Below are positions 20,048-30,124 of a stretch of 64,000 bases of DNA, in pieces. The notes under the pieces are model-generated. The model was given only the letters and a program-made list of their open reading frames with translations, did no database searches and was not told where the DNA came from. Every line of letters starts with the position of its first letter. The first letter of the stretch is position 1. The position numbers and the translations under genes are program-made. Origin of the DNA: Candidatus Latescibacterota bacterium (GTDB lineage Bacteria > Latescibacterota > UBA2968); the NCBI GenBank assembly GCA_965204745.1, contig OZ242010.1:1792001-1856000 (forward strand). Reading direction: 5' to 3'.

Positions 20048-20119
20048 GGGTATTCCTTTCATCTTCGGACGGGCACAGGGGCACCACCCCTACGATTGCC
20101 TCTCATCCGCGCCATCCGT

Positions 20120-21430
20120 TTAGTCCGCTCGCCCGTGCGGTGAAATTCCGAACTGGCGCAATGTGCTTTCCAATGTTGGGCGGTGGAGGCGAATGCGGTC
20201 GTCATTCAGCAAATAGGAGAAAACATAGCCGAGGCCGAGCATCAAAATGCCGATCAAAAAGCAATAGATGACCGCGCGGTCCGGGTATTCGTCTTTGAGA
20301 TAGCCCACGTAGAGCGGGCCGGTGATGCCCGCGGCGGCCCAGGCAGTCAAAATCGCGCCGTAGATCGTGGACATTCTCTCTGTGCCAAACACGTCGAGCA
20401 CAAAAGAGGGCATGGTGGCAAAGCCCCCGCCAAAACACAAGAGGACATAACAAACGAGCGCGGAAAAGATCCATGGATTGCGCTCCGTCATCAGGATGCC
20501 AAAGACGATCATCTGGCTGGCGAGCAAAATTCTGAAAATGCCGACCCGGCTGATGCGATCCGATAACAACCCCCAAAACAGCCGGCCCACGCCATTGCAC
20601 AGCGAACTGACCGCGATCAGCGTGGCGCCGTATTCGGCCAAGGTCGCCGGCTCTATGGACGGGTCCGCAAGCCCCCAAACCTCTTGCAGGAGTTCGGACT
20701 GAAAGCTGATGATGGAGATGCCCGCGGCAATGTTGAAGAAAAACACGATCCACATGAGGACGAACTCGGAAGATCGCAAATAGGGCGCGACCGAGTCGTC
20801 GGTTGCGCCCTGTGGCGTTCTCGCAACGGGAGAAACCGCGGTTGGGGGATCGCGCAACAACGCGCTGGCCGGCAACAAGATGCAGGCAAATACGACGCCG
20901 AGCCACAAGAAGACGAGCATCAGATCTTCCTCTGTTCGCAACACGAGAAAGGGCGCCAAGATCTTGCTCAAGAGAAACGCGCCCACGCCAAAGCCCATCA
21001 CCACGATTCCCGTCACCAGTCCCTTGCGGTCCGGAAACCACTTGGCCGCGGTTGCGACCGGCGTGACATAGCCAAGCCCAATGCCCGCGCCACCGACGAC
21101 GCCATACCCGAGATAGAAAAGCGCGAGGATGTCCAAGTGCAAGGCGAGGCTGGCGATGAGGTACCCGCCCGAAAACAGGGTGCTGCCTGCCACCGCCAAT
21201 TTGCGCGGGCCGAGCCGCGGGAGCATCGCGCCTGCCCACGTTGCGGATATGCCCAGCGAGAAGATCGCAATGCTAAACGCCCATGCGGTTTCCGTGAACG
21301 ACCAACCGAGTTGCCTGACCAAAAGCGTTTGAAAAAAACTCCACGCGTACACCGTGCCGAAGCAGATTTGCAACACCGTACAAGATAGGGCTATAATCGC
21401 ACGCGGAATCTGGATGGCTGATTTTGCCAT
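20120..21430 (-). CDS. MFS transporter, OFA (oxalate/formate antiporter) family
   Basis: GTVYAWS, KWFPDRKGL, GRLFWGLLSDR, CFGGGFATMP. Confidence 0.88.
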   Translation of the reverse strand: MAKSAIQIPRAIIALSCTVLQICFGTVYAWSFFQTLLVRQLGWSFTETAWAFSIAIFSLGISATWAGAMLPRLGPRKLAVAGSTLFSGGYLIASLALHLDILALFYLGYGVVGGAGIGLGYVTPVATAAKWFPDRKGLVTGIVVMGFGVGAFLLSKILAPFLVLRTEEDLMLVFLWLGVVFACILLPASALLRDPPTAVSPVARTPQGATDDSVAPYLRSSEFVLMWIVFFFNIAAGISIISFQSELLQEVWGLADPSIEPATLAEYGATLIAVSSLCNGVGRLFWGLLSDRISRVGIFRILLASQMIVFGILMTERNPWIFSALVCYVLLCFGGGFATMPSFVLDVFGTERMSTIYGAILTAWAAAGITGPLYVGYLKDEYPDRAVIYCFLIGILMLGLGYVFSYLLNDDRIRLHRPTLESTLRQFGISPHGRAD

Positions 21431-21545
21431 ACTATTCTAAACTCCAATGTCCTGTTGCGATATGCTACCCGCGAGTGATGGCTTTGACGTTACACACATT
21501 CAGAGAAGCCATAGCAACCCTACCATCCCAAAAGCCCATCAGTTA

Positions 21546-21771
21546 AAGCCATCACGCACAGCGCGCAAGGCCGTCTCGCAACCAATCATCCATCTTGCAA
21601 CCCACTTTGCAGGCCAACGCATGTCGTGCTATTACAAAAGCGTTTTGCGCTGTGCAAGCCTCTCGGCGTTTGAGAGCGGCATTTTTTGCCTACTTTTTTT
21701 TGCTGTTGAAAAAAAGTAGGTCGCCGAAGGCATCGAAGGCAACAAACGATGCTTTAGGGCCAAACGCTTGA
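21546..21771 (+). repeat. dispersed repeat cargo B (stand-alone copy)
   Basis: near-identical to 30329-30551 and to the reverse complement of 37820-38040; contains the CCTACTTTTTTT..AAAAAAAGTAGG hairpin. Confidence 0.9.
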
Positions 21772-21819
21772 GACAAGCAATGCATGACCCGTTTGGTATA
21801 ACATCCGGGGGAGGGGGTA

Positions 21820-22542
21820 TTATCCGCGTTCATCCGCGTTCATCTGTGGTTGCGTTTTTGAAACATGGAGAAAGAGCCTTGCCAAGTGCCCCACCTCGTC
21901 GTCGCGCGACAGCAATTTGTCGTCCGAGGCGTCGGCTTCTCCGCGGGCTAGGCGCGCGGCATAGCCGAGGAGGTCGCCCAAGGGCTTGGCCGCGAGGTTG
22001 ACGAACCAGATTGCGGCCAAAACGCCGATGACGAGGATGATGGAGATGAGATAGACCTGTTGCCCGATAGCCCGTTGGATTTTCAGCGCGATAAGCCCGG
22101 TGTCCATGCCGACGTGAACCGTGCCGGCAATGCCCGCCAAAATGGGACTGCCCACTTCCACAAAATCGCCCATGCCGGGCAGGCTGCGTTCAACGGCCGC
22201 GGTGTGAAACGGGTCGCTCATACGAATTTCTTCAGGAATGCCGGGCACGAACGTGTGGGCGAGAAATTCGCCGGATTCGTCCGTGATATAGATGTAGCGG
22301 ATGCTCTGAATTTCCACGAATTGATCGATGAGCGATTGCAGGGCCGCGAGGTCTCGGTTCAAGAGGATATCCACGCTGGAATCCGCGATGGTCTTGGCGA
22401 TGTTCTCGCTGTTGCTCTCGTATTCCTCGGACAAGTGCGTATCGACCGTATAAACGCACAAAACAGAGGTAGAAAGGCTGATGATGCCAAACAGGGCGAA
22501 AACCCCGAACTTGGTTTTTTGAAACAATTTTTGAATTTTCAT
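21820..22542 (-). CDS. membrane protein with extracytoplasmic sensor-like domain and HAMP, no output domain
   Basis: two TM helices flank a soluble domain; KPLGDL...DDEVGHLARLF HAMP signature. Confidence 0.8.
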   Translation of the reverse strand: MKIQKLFQKTKFGVFALFGIISLSTSVLCVYTVDTHLSEEYESNSENIAKTIADSSVDILLNRDLAALQSLIDQFVEIQSIRYIYITDESGEFLAHTFVPGIPEEIRMSDPFHTAAVERSLPGMGDFVEVGSPILAGIAGTVHVGMDTGLIALKIQRAIGQQVYLISIILVIGVLAAIWFVNLAAKPLGDLLGYAARLARGEADASDDKLLSRDDEVGHLARLFLHVSKTQPQMNADERG

Positions 22543-22543
22543 G

Positions 22544-23827
22544 TTAGGCAAACCTCGTTTTCCAGTTGTCCAGTGTGACAAAGCGGCCGTTTTCGACCAC
22601 CGTGTAGTACACGCGCTGGAGCCCCTGCCGACGGGCGGGGCCAAAAGAGACCTGTTCGCCGATGCCCAGATCAAAATCCCGCACCGTGAAGACCGCGTGC
22701 TCGAGGTGGTCACGCCGCGGATCGTCGCCCAAGCGGCGGAGGATTTCGACCATCAATTTGGCGTTGAAAAATCCCTCGAGGCTGACAAAGCTGTGCGCGA
22801 AGGGCGCGTACGGTTCTTTCATCAGGTCTTGCGGCGGTTGCGGATCGTGGCGTTGCATCAAGTCGCGGTACTCCCCGATGCCTGGCGTGGACACTTCTTC
22901 GTAACTCGGCACCACTTGGGAATTGACGAGCAAGCGCGTGTAGCGGTCACCATAGCCTTCGGTGAGAAGTTTCAAGAGGTTTTCACTGCCCACAAAGGAC
23001 AAGTTGGCGATGGGCACGCGCAGGCCGAGATCCACCGAATCGCGCACAAAGGCCGCGCAGGCCGCGTACGAGCCGATGCAGATCACGGCTTCGGGATTTG
23101 ACGCTTTTAGGATTTCGACTTGTTTTCGCATGCTGCCGGTGAATTTTTCCCCGCGCCGGTACGTGGCCTCGCCAACGACGCGTTCCCCGTGCCGCTTCAG
23201 CGCACGCCGCACCCCGGCCCATCCGCTACGCCCGTACGCGTCGGCTTGGTAAAACACGGCAACTCGCCTGCGGTTGATGCGGACGAAATTATCCACTAGG
23301 CCCGCGGTTTCTTGGCGGTAGGACGCGCGCAGGTTAAACGCAAAGTCCCCATACGGCGGCTCTCGTTGCGGTTGCGCGCCCGTGAATGGGAAGAACAAGA
23401 AGATGTTTTCTTTCTGAAATTTTTTGAGCATGGGCAAGACGCGCGTGACCGTGGGCGTGCCCACGTACCCGAACAGCAAAAAGACGTGGTCTTGCCGGAT
23501 CAACTTCAGGGTGTTTTTGATGGATGGATCGGGCTGGTACCCGTCGTCATAAGTTTTGAGAACGATCTCGCGCCCCGCGATCCCGCCCTGCTGATTGACC
23601 TGCGTGAAGTACGCGCTCGCCCCGCGATAGAGTTCGATGCCCAACCCCCGCGACGGGCCGGAAAACGCCGCGGACATGCCGAGCGCGATCTCGGTGTCCG
23701 TCACGCCCGCTGCGGTCTGCGGCACAACACTGGCAACCGCCCTGAGTGCCGGTGCTATCGCGCAACACGCAAGCCCAGAGCGGATCCAGGCGCGTCTCGT
23801 CATGGTTTTCACATCGGATACTTTCAT
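22544..23827 (-). CDS. periplasmic binding protein type 1 (branched-chain amino acid-like)
   Basis: GVTDTEIALGMSA, YDDGYQP, YVGTPT, NLRASY; Tat-like TRR signal. Confidence 0.88.
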   Translation of the reverse strand: MKVSDVKTMTRRAWIRSGLACCAIAPALRAVASVVPQTAAGVTDTEIALGMSAAFSGPSRGLGIELYRGASAYFTQVNQQGGIAGREIVLKTYDDGYQPDPSIKNTLKLIRQDHVFLLFGYVGTPTVTRVLPMLKKFQKENIFLFFPFTGAQPQREPPYGDFAFNLRASYRQETAGLVDNFVRINRRRVAVFYQADAYGRSGWAGVRRALKRHGERVVGEATYRRGEKFTGSMRKQVEILKASNPEAVICIGSYAACAAFVRDSVDLGLRVPIANLSFVGSENLLKLLTEGYGDRYTRLLVNSQVVPSYEEVSTPGIGEYRDLMQRHDPQPPQDLMKEPYAPFAHSFVSLEGFFNAKLMVEILRRLGDDPRRDHLEHAVFTVRDFDLGIGEQVSFGPARRQGLQRVYYTVVENGRFVTLDNWKTRFA

Positions 23828-24273
23828 CGCTGCTCTGTTTCCTTGTCCAACTCGTCGATGATTTTTTGCGCGAGAGATCGAAAATCCTCAAAGCAATTCA
23901 CGACAGCCCGCTGTTGTGCGGCGGTTATTTGGTGAGGTCTCATGATATGGCTTCAAGCGCAATATAGCCTTGGATTGGCTTCGGTGCAAGATGTAAGAGG
24001 CAAAAGGCAGTAGTCAGCGGTCAGTTGTCAGTTGTCAGTCCGCACCGCCCTGCCGCAAGCCCTAGCCCCAAGTAAGAGGCAAGAAGTAAGAGGCGAGAGC
24101 CACCCACCGCCCAACCGCCGCTTCGTCCTTCCCCTCCACTCAACCACCCATGCGTGCCTAAAAATACAAGAGGTGGTGATTTAGTGATTGACAAGTGGGG
24201 CTATTCAGATATTTTAGGCACGCATTGAGTTGACAGATGCGATTGCAACCACTTCCATACAAAGAGGGAAACC

Positions 24274-26313
24274 ATGAGTACACAGCTCCAAAGAAGAATC
24301 ATAAAAGTGCCAGACGGTAAAATTTGTGATTACATCGATGGCAAATTCCGAAAGAATACGAAGGAAGAGTATGTGCGTCAGATCATTGAAAAGAGATTGG
24401 TCAATGAGCATCAATACAAGCCGGAACAAATCAAAATTGAATTTGGTTTGAAAATGGGATCTCGCCGTCCGCGTGCGGATATCGTCGTCTTCCCAAAAGA
24501 CAGCCCTGAACTCACGCAAGACCACGTTTGGCTGATTGTGGAGTGCAAGGAGGAAACCGTTGAACCCAAAAACAACAAAGACGGTGTCGAGCAACTCAAG
24601 TCCTACATGAGTGCTTGTCCCAACTGTGAATGGGGGATGTGGACGAATGGCAAGTACCGGGAAGTGTTGCAAAAAAGAAAAGTGGCGGGAAAATATGAAT
24701 TTCGGGAATACAACGACATTCCCCCTGCAGATGGGTCTTTGGAAGATGTGGATCGGCCAAAGCGCAACAAATTGAAGAAAGCCTACGAGGACAATCTTTT
24801 GATGGTCTTCAAGACCTGCCACAACCACATTTATGCGACGGATGGCATGCAAAAACAGCCCGCATTTTTTGAGTTGTTAAAGCTGATCTTCTGCAAAACA
24901 CTGGATGAGCAAAATATCGGCAAGTCCCTTGAGTTTTACGCCACGTCAAAGGAACGCTCGAATCCGGATGGGCAATTGACGGTCAGGAACCGAATTTCCC
25001 AAATTTTCTACAAAGTCAAAGAGCGGTTTCCACAGATATTTGAAGCAAATGACGAGATCAAATTGCAACCCCGTTCGCTTGCCTGGACCGTTTCAGAGCT
25101 CCAATCGTATAGCCTGTTGGAAACCCATGTCGATATCAAGGGAAAAGCGTATGAGGAACTGGTCGGCGCGAATTTGCGAGGAGACCGAGGCGAGTTCTTC
25201 ACCCCGAGAAATATCATGCACATGACCGTTAAAATGATTAACCCAAAATTAGACGAGAAGATCTGCGATACGTCCTGCGGCACGGGCGGCTTTTTGGTTA
25301 TGGCGATGAACCACGTCATCGAGCAATTAAAAAAAGAAGCCGAAACGGATTTTGAAAAATTAGAACGCGAATGGACAGATCACGAAAAGAGCACGGTTAG
25401 AGACCGAATAAAGCAAATTGCAGAATCGAATTTCTACGGTTTTGACATCAACCCAGACTTGGTCAAAGCCACAAAAATGAACATGGTGATGAATAACGAC
25501 GGGAGCGGCAATATCTATCGCAGTGATTCGCTTTTACCACCGCACGAATGGCCCATCGATCTCAAAAAATCGTTGGCAGATGCGTTGAATATTCAAGCCG
25601 ATAGCATCACGAGCCCGGCCGCCATTGAATTTTTCGATGTCATCGTTACCAATCCACCGTTTGGAAGCAAAATCCCCATCAAGGACAGCCACATTCTCGA
25701 ACAATTTGAGATCGGCCATATTTGGCACAACGAGCAATATGACAAAAGAGGACAAAAGGGCTGGACGATTTCTGACGACTGTCAATCTTCCGCACCGCCC
25801 GAGCAATTGTTTATCGAACGTTGCTTGCAATTCCTCAAGCCCGGAGGCCGGTTGGCAATTGTCTTGCCCGACTCCATTTTGGGGAATCCGGGACTTGGAT
25901 ATATTCGCCAGTGGTTGATTGGAACAACGAGAATCATTGCCAGTGTGGATCTGCATGTCGATACTTTTAAACCCAAAAACGGAACGCAGACTTCGGTCTT
26001 GATCGTGCAGAAAAAGACCCACGAGGAAATCGAATCAGAACGGCGTTCAAGAGAAATCAAACCGTACGATATCTTTATGGCAATGGTCGAGAAAGTCGGC
26101 CACGACAAGCGGGGAAATACGCTCTTTAAGCGGGATGAGCACGGCAATGAAATTTGGACACCAGAAGAACCCAATGTATTGGAAATAGACAAAATCGCAG
26201 AGGACGCTGTCACCGATAGAACCGAAAGCAAAACCCGTACGATTGACGACCAAAGCCGCGAAGTCCCCGTTGTCTTTGAGGAGTGGAAACGCCAGGAGGG
26301 GATCCAATGGTAG
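24274..26313 (+). CDS. fused restriction endonuclease (HsdR_N-like) / N6-adenine methyltransferase
   Basis: RADIVVF...IVECK nuclease motif; GEFFTPR, DTSCGTGGF, NPPF. Confidence 0.9.
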   Translation: MSTQLQRRIIKVPDGKICDYIDGKFRKNTKEEYVRQIIEKRLVNEHQYKPEQIKIEFGLKMGSRRPRADIVVFPKDSPELTQDHVWLIVECKEETVEPKNNKDGVEQLKSYMSACPNCEWGMWTNGKYREVLQKRKVAGKYEFREYNDIPPADGSLEDVDRPKRNKLKKAYEDNLLMVFKTCHNHIYATDGMQKQPAFFELLKLIFCKTLDEQNIGKSLEFYATSKERSNPDGQLTVRNRISQIFYKVKERFPQIFEANDEIKLQPRSLAWTVSELQSYSLLETHVDIKGKAYEELVGANLRGDRGEFFTPRNIMHMTVKMINPKLDEKICDTSCGTGGFLVMAMNHVIEQLKKEAETDFEKLEREWTDHEKSTVRDRIKQIAESNFYGFDINPDLVKATKMNMVMNNDGSGNIYRSDSLLPPHEWPIDLKKSLADALNIQADSITSPAAIEFFDVIVTNPPFGSKIPIKDSHILEQFEIGHIWHNEQYDKRGQKGWTISDDCQSSAPPEQLFIERCLQFLKPGGRLAIVLPDSILGNPGLGYIRQWLIGTTRIIASVDLHVDTFKPKNGTQTSVLIVQKKTHEEIESERRSREIKPYDIFMAMVEKVGHDKRGNTLFKRDEHGNEIWTPEEPNVLEIDKIAEDAVTDRTESKTRTIDDQSREVPVVFEEWKRQEGIQW

Positions 26314-27764
26314 CGCGTCACCCATCTACGCACACGGGGTTCAATCGGGAAATCCAAAGCTCCGATCTGAAATGGACAACGGTTGATATTCGAGAAGTCG
26401 CTGAAAATGACTACCGCTTAGAGGCGAGCGTTTACAGTAGCGCGGGCAGACAGGCAAGAGAGGATTTAGAACAGTGCAGGTGGGATATTGTGCATTTGGG
26501 CGATAAATTTATCGAGAATGCCTTTTATCTCGGGAGATTCAAAAGAATTTATGTTGAAGCAAAGGATGGTGTTCCCTTCATTCTGCCCTCACAAATCACA
26601 GAAGTCTATCCAAAAGCCAGTAAGTTTATTTCTCCTACGACAAATATTGATATTGAAAGTACGCGGGGCAAAAGAGGCCAGGTGTTGCTCACTCGTTCTG
26701 GGACTATCGGCATCGTTTCTTATGTATCCAAAACGCTCGAAAATCAAGCCTTATCGGATGATGTGATCCGCATAGAAGCGAAAGCGTATTCTGGATATAT
26801 TTATGCCTTTCTGAAATCAAAAACTGGCTTTGCGATCATAAATACCAACCCCTACGGGGCAGTGATTAAACACATCGAACCCAAACATCTAAATCACATT
26901 CCGATACCCAATCCGCCGCCCATCCTCAAACAAGCCATTCACGACTTGATCGAGGAATCCTTCAAATTGAGGGATGAATCCAATGACCTGATGGATGAGG
27001 CGCAGGCATTGTTAATAGACGCTTTGCAACTTCCCGACATCGAAGAATTACAAGCCGAGCAAATCGGTCAAAAAGCTGACCTACTCAACTATTCCGTTCC
27101 ACTAAATGCCTTGGACAATCGTCTGGACGCTTCTTATTATGTTCCCATTGTTCAGGCAATTGAACGGCATTTAGAGAAAACGGCAAAAAAGGTCGTCAAG
27201 GTTGGTGACAGTCGAATAAGCCAAGCGATTATCTTGCCCGGCCGATTCAAAAGGGTCTATGTTGAAGAAGACAATGGCGTTGTGTTCTTTGGTGGAAAAC
27301 AGATTTACGAGCTAGACCCAAGCAACAAAAAGTATCTGTCATTGGTGCATCATGGGGATAGAATTAGAAATCAATTAGCCTTGCATGAGAACATGACTAT
27401 GATTACATCTAGTGGAACAATCGGCAAAGTAACAATTGCTCCTAAACACTGGGAAGGCTGGACTGCGAATCAACATATCATTCGAGTCGTTCCTACAAAC
27501 GATGAAATTGCTGGCTACCTCTACGCTTGGCTTTCGACCGATTACGCCTATCACCTAATAACTCGATACACCTATGGGGCTGTGGTTAACGAGATCGATG
27601 ATAAGCAAGTTGCGGACATAGCGATTCCCCTGTTGCATAATGAAACCACTCAGCAGGCGATCAATGACAAAGTTTTGAACGCAAACCAAAAGCGGGCGGA
27701 AGCCTACGAGTTGGAGCAAGAGGCATTGACCATGCTCGATAAGCAGGTTATTTATGCACAGTGA
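26307..27764 (+). CDS. restriction-modification specificity subunit (HsdS-like, two TRDs)
   Basis: two repeats of LLTRSGTIG / ITSSGTIG...YGAV..I...IPIP separated by helical spacers. Confidence 0.88.
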   Translation: MVARHPSTHTGFNREIQSSDLKWTTVDIREVAENDYRLEASVYSSAGRQAREDLEQCRWDIVHLGDKFIENAFYLGRFKRIYVEAKDGVPFILPSQITEVYPKASKFISPTTNIDIESTRGKRGQVLLTRSGTIGIVSYVSKTLENQALSDDVIRIEAKAYSGYIYAFLKSKTGFAIINTNPYGAVIKHIEPKHLNHIPIPNPPPILKQAIHDLIEESFKLRDESNDLMDEAQALLIDALQLPDIEELQAEQIGQKADLLNYSVPLNALDNRLDASYYVPIVQAIERHLEKTAKKVVKVGDSRISQAIILPGRFKRVYVEEDNGVVFFGGKQIYELDPSNKKYLSLVHHGDRIRNQLALHENMTMITSSGTIGKVTIAPKHWEGWTANQHIIRVVPTNDEIAGYLYAWLSTDYAYHLITRYTYGAVVNEIDDKQVADIAIPLLHNETTQQAINDKVLNANQKRAEAYELEQEALTMLDKQVIYAQ

Positions 27765-28116
27765 ACCCGTTCGCGTCGCGCTCAAAATTCAAAAAACGCC
27801 CGGCGTCTGCGGTGGTCGCGCATGCGTGGGCAATACGCGCATCCCGGTGTGGACGCTGATCGGCTTTTTTCGCCAAGGCGCGACCGATGCAGAGGTGATG
27901 CGGGCGTATCCCGCACTCACCGCTGATCATCTGGATCTCGCACGGAAATACTACGAGACGCACCGCACGGAAATCAACCGCGATATTCGAGAACAGGATT
28001 CGCCACCTTTAACCGATGACGCGCTTGTGCAAGTTGCTGACGCGCTTTTCGTCAAACTCGACAAAATGGAGGCGCGGGATGCCGAGTCCAAATCGCGGGG
28101 AAGTCTGATTGATTGA
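27754..28116 (+). CDS. DUF433 domain protein with an antitoxin-like tail
   Basis: PGVCGGRACVGNTRIPV...YPAL. Confidence 0.85.
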   Translation: MHSEPVRVALKIQKTPGVCGGRACVGNTRIPVWTLIGFFRQGATDAEVMRAYPALTADHLDLARKYYETHRTEINRDIREQDSPPLTDDALVQVADALFVKLDKMEARDAESKSRGSLID

Positions 28117-28142
28117 CCTTGGCGTGGTAGCATAAGATCAGG
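28079..28142 (+). pseudogene. MazF/PemK toxin 5' remnant
   Basis: MPSPNRGEV*LIDLGVVA(fs)KIR matches the RGEVWLVDLG..AK.RP start of this family. Confidence 0.65.
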
Positions 28143-28150
28143 CAAAAAAT

Positions 28151-28186
28151 AAAAGCGTACGTGTGGATATCGACACGTACGCTTTT
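28151..28186. terminator. bidirectional terminator-like hairpin
   Basis: AAAAGCGTACGTGT..ACACGTACGCTTTT between convergent genes. Confidence 0.75.
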
Positions 28187-28214
28187 GTCTTTTGGAGATT
28201 GGGGGTCGCTTGGT

Positions 28215-28307
28215 TCAGGCTTCATCGGTCAATTCTAACGCTGTTAATTGATCAATTCGGAAAAAGTAAAGCAGGGGAGATGTGTCGATGCTACAAGTTT
28301 CTGGCAT
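28215..28307 (-). pseudogene. DUF3368/PIN toxin 5' remnant
   Basis: MPETCSIDTSPLLYFFRIDQL then stop; overlaps the 3' end of the UPF0175 gene as in intact pairs. Confidence 0.65.
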
Positions 28308-28551
28308 TGGAGAAATCCCTGACCAGATCTTCTGCGGACAGGTTGATGGCGGATACGCGGTAGGACTTTAGGGCATCCAAAAACAGAACGCGCTCCATGC
28401 CGGCAAAACGCGCTGCCTGACCTGACGAGAGGTGGCCGAGTTCAAACAACTTGACGGCGATGAGCATGCGTCCTGTTTCAGCGAAGTGTTCGGGCGTTTC
28501 GCTGAGGGTTTGCAGAATATCATCTGGGCATTCAAAGGTAATTTGAGGCAT
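28291..28551 (-). CDS. UPF0175 family antitoxin
   Basis: AVKLFELGHLSSGQAARFAGMER. Confidence 0.88.
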   Translation of the reverse strand: MPQITFECPDDILQTLSETPEHFAETGRMLIAVKLFELGHLSSGQAARFAGMERVLFLDALKSYRVSAINLSAEDLVRDFSNARNL

Positions 28552-28615
28552 GGCGCGCTCCGTGAAATTTTGGTTGTCCAGCCACCGCAACATGCTGCAA
28601 TTTGTCAACCGCGTA

Positions 28616-30016
28616 TCAAAACATCTCGCGTTGCGTGCCGTCGTACGCATCGTGTTGTCGGCGGCGGCGGGAGATGTGGTCTTCGACCGTGTTGCGGGAG
28701 ATGACTTCGTAGAGAATGGCGTGTTTGCCTTCGCGGCGGCGCAAAATCCGGCCCAGGCGTTGGACGTGTTCGCGGATGGTGGCCGTGCCAGAGAGCACTA
28801 CGGCGACATTGGCCTCGGGCACGTTGACCCCTTCGTTGAGCACGCGAGACGTGACGAGCGCGAGGATGGCGCCGCGGTTAAAGGCTTTGAGGATTTCCCG
28901 GCGTTCTTTTGTGCGCGTCTGGTGCGTGATGGCCGGAATGAGAAATTGTTCCGAGATCGCATAGACGGTCTCGTTGTCATTGGTGAAGATGAGCATGCGG
29001 TCTCGCGGGTGTTTTTTGAGCAGGTCTTCTAACACGCGCAATTTGGCGGCAGTGCCCAAGGCGATCTTGCGATACCGGCGATACGCGAGCATGGCGCGGC
29101 GCCCGTCGCTGGAGCGCGCCGAGAGGCGGACGAAATTTTGCCAGCCCGACGCACTGCCCAAGCGCAGGTTTTTGGATTCGAGAAACGCGCTGAATTGCGA
29201 CCGTGCGGTCTCGTATTCGGCGCGTTCTTCGGCCACCATATCGACTTCGATGCGCTGCGTGTTGTAGTCCGAGAGGTAATCGCCGGACAGGTCGCGGATG
29301 CCCTTTTCGTAAACCGTTGGCCCGATGAGATCGCGCAACATCAGGTGCCGACCATCGGGCCGTTCAAGCGTGGCCGTGAGGCCCAAGCGATAGGGCGCGA
29401 TGCAAAGCTCTGCGCCGTGGGAATAGGATTCCCCGGGCAGGTGGTGAACCTCGTCAAAAACGAGAAAGCCAAACCGGTTGCCGTAGCGATCCATGTTCAT
29501 GTACGCGCTGTCGTACGTGGTCACAGTGAGGTCTTCGAGTTCGTGATAGCCCCCGCCCAAGATACCGACCGCGCAGGAGAAGGCGTCTTTGAGCAGGTCG
29601 TACCACTGGTTCATCAGGTCGATAGTGGGCGCGACAACCATGGTGCTACGATTGACCTCGGCAATGCCCATCAGCGCGAGCAGGGATTTGCCCGAGCCCG
29701 TGGGCAACACCACGACGCCGCGCCGCTCGTTTGACCGCCACGCGTCGAGGGCTTCGGTCTGATGGGGATGGGGCGCGTGTTCGCGCTTGAGGGTGAGCTT
29801 GAGGCGGTTGTAGCGCGGGACGACGTTTTTGATGCCCACCTCTTGTGCGCGGAGTGCTTCGACAATTTGGCGATACCGATGCGCCTGCGCGCGCCAACGC
29901 CCCACGCGGCTATCCCACACAAACGGGGACGGCGGTTCGTACTCTGGCGGCGCGTCCAAGAGAACGAGCGTGCCATCGTCAAATGCGAGGCGAATGTCAG
30001 AAGATAGATCGGACAA
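28616..30016 (-). CDS. XPB/Rad25-like superfamily 2 helicase
   Basis: LPTGSGKS, FDEVHH, GLTAT, QRLGRILR; start approximate (TTG). Confidence 0.9.
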   Translation of the reverse strand: MSDLSSDIRLAFDDGTLVLLDAPPEYEPPSPFVWDSRVGRWRAQAHRYRQIVEALRAQEVGIKNVVPRYNRLKLTLKREHAPHPHQTEALDAWRSNERRGVVVLPTGSGKSLLALMGIAEVNRSTMVVAPTIDLMNQWYDLLKDAFSCAVGILGGGYHELEDLTVTTYDSAYMNMDRYGNRFGFLVFDEVHHLPGESYSHGAELCIAPYRLGLTATLERPDGRHLMLRDLIGPTVYEKGIRDLSGDYLSDYNTQRIEVDMVAEERAEYETARSQFSAFLESKNLRLGSASGWQNFVRLSARSSDGRRAMLAYRRYRKIALGTAAKLRVLEDLLKKHPRDRMLIFTNDNETVYAISEQFLIPAITHQTRTKERREILKAFNRGAILALVTSRVLNEGVNVPEANVAVVLSGTATIREHVQRLGRILRRREGKHAILYEVISRNTVEDHISRRRRQHDAYDGTQREMF

Positions 30017-30124
30017 GGTAGGTGTAGTGGAAAGTGGAGAGTGGAGATGCCATCCCCGAAAGAATCGATCTGGGGTTGTATCGCATAACTTGCACTGGTT
30101 GGACACTTCTTGCACTTGGGTTGT

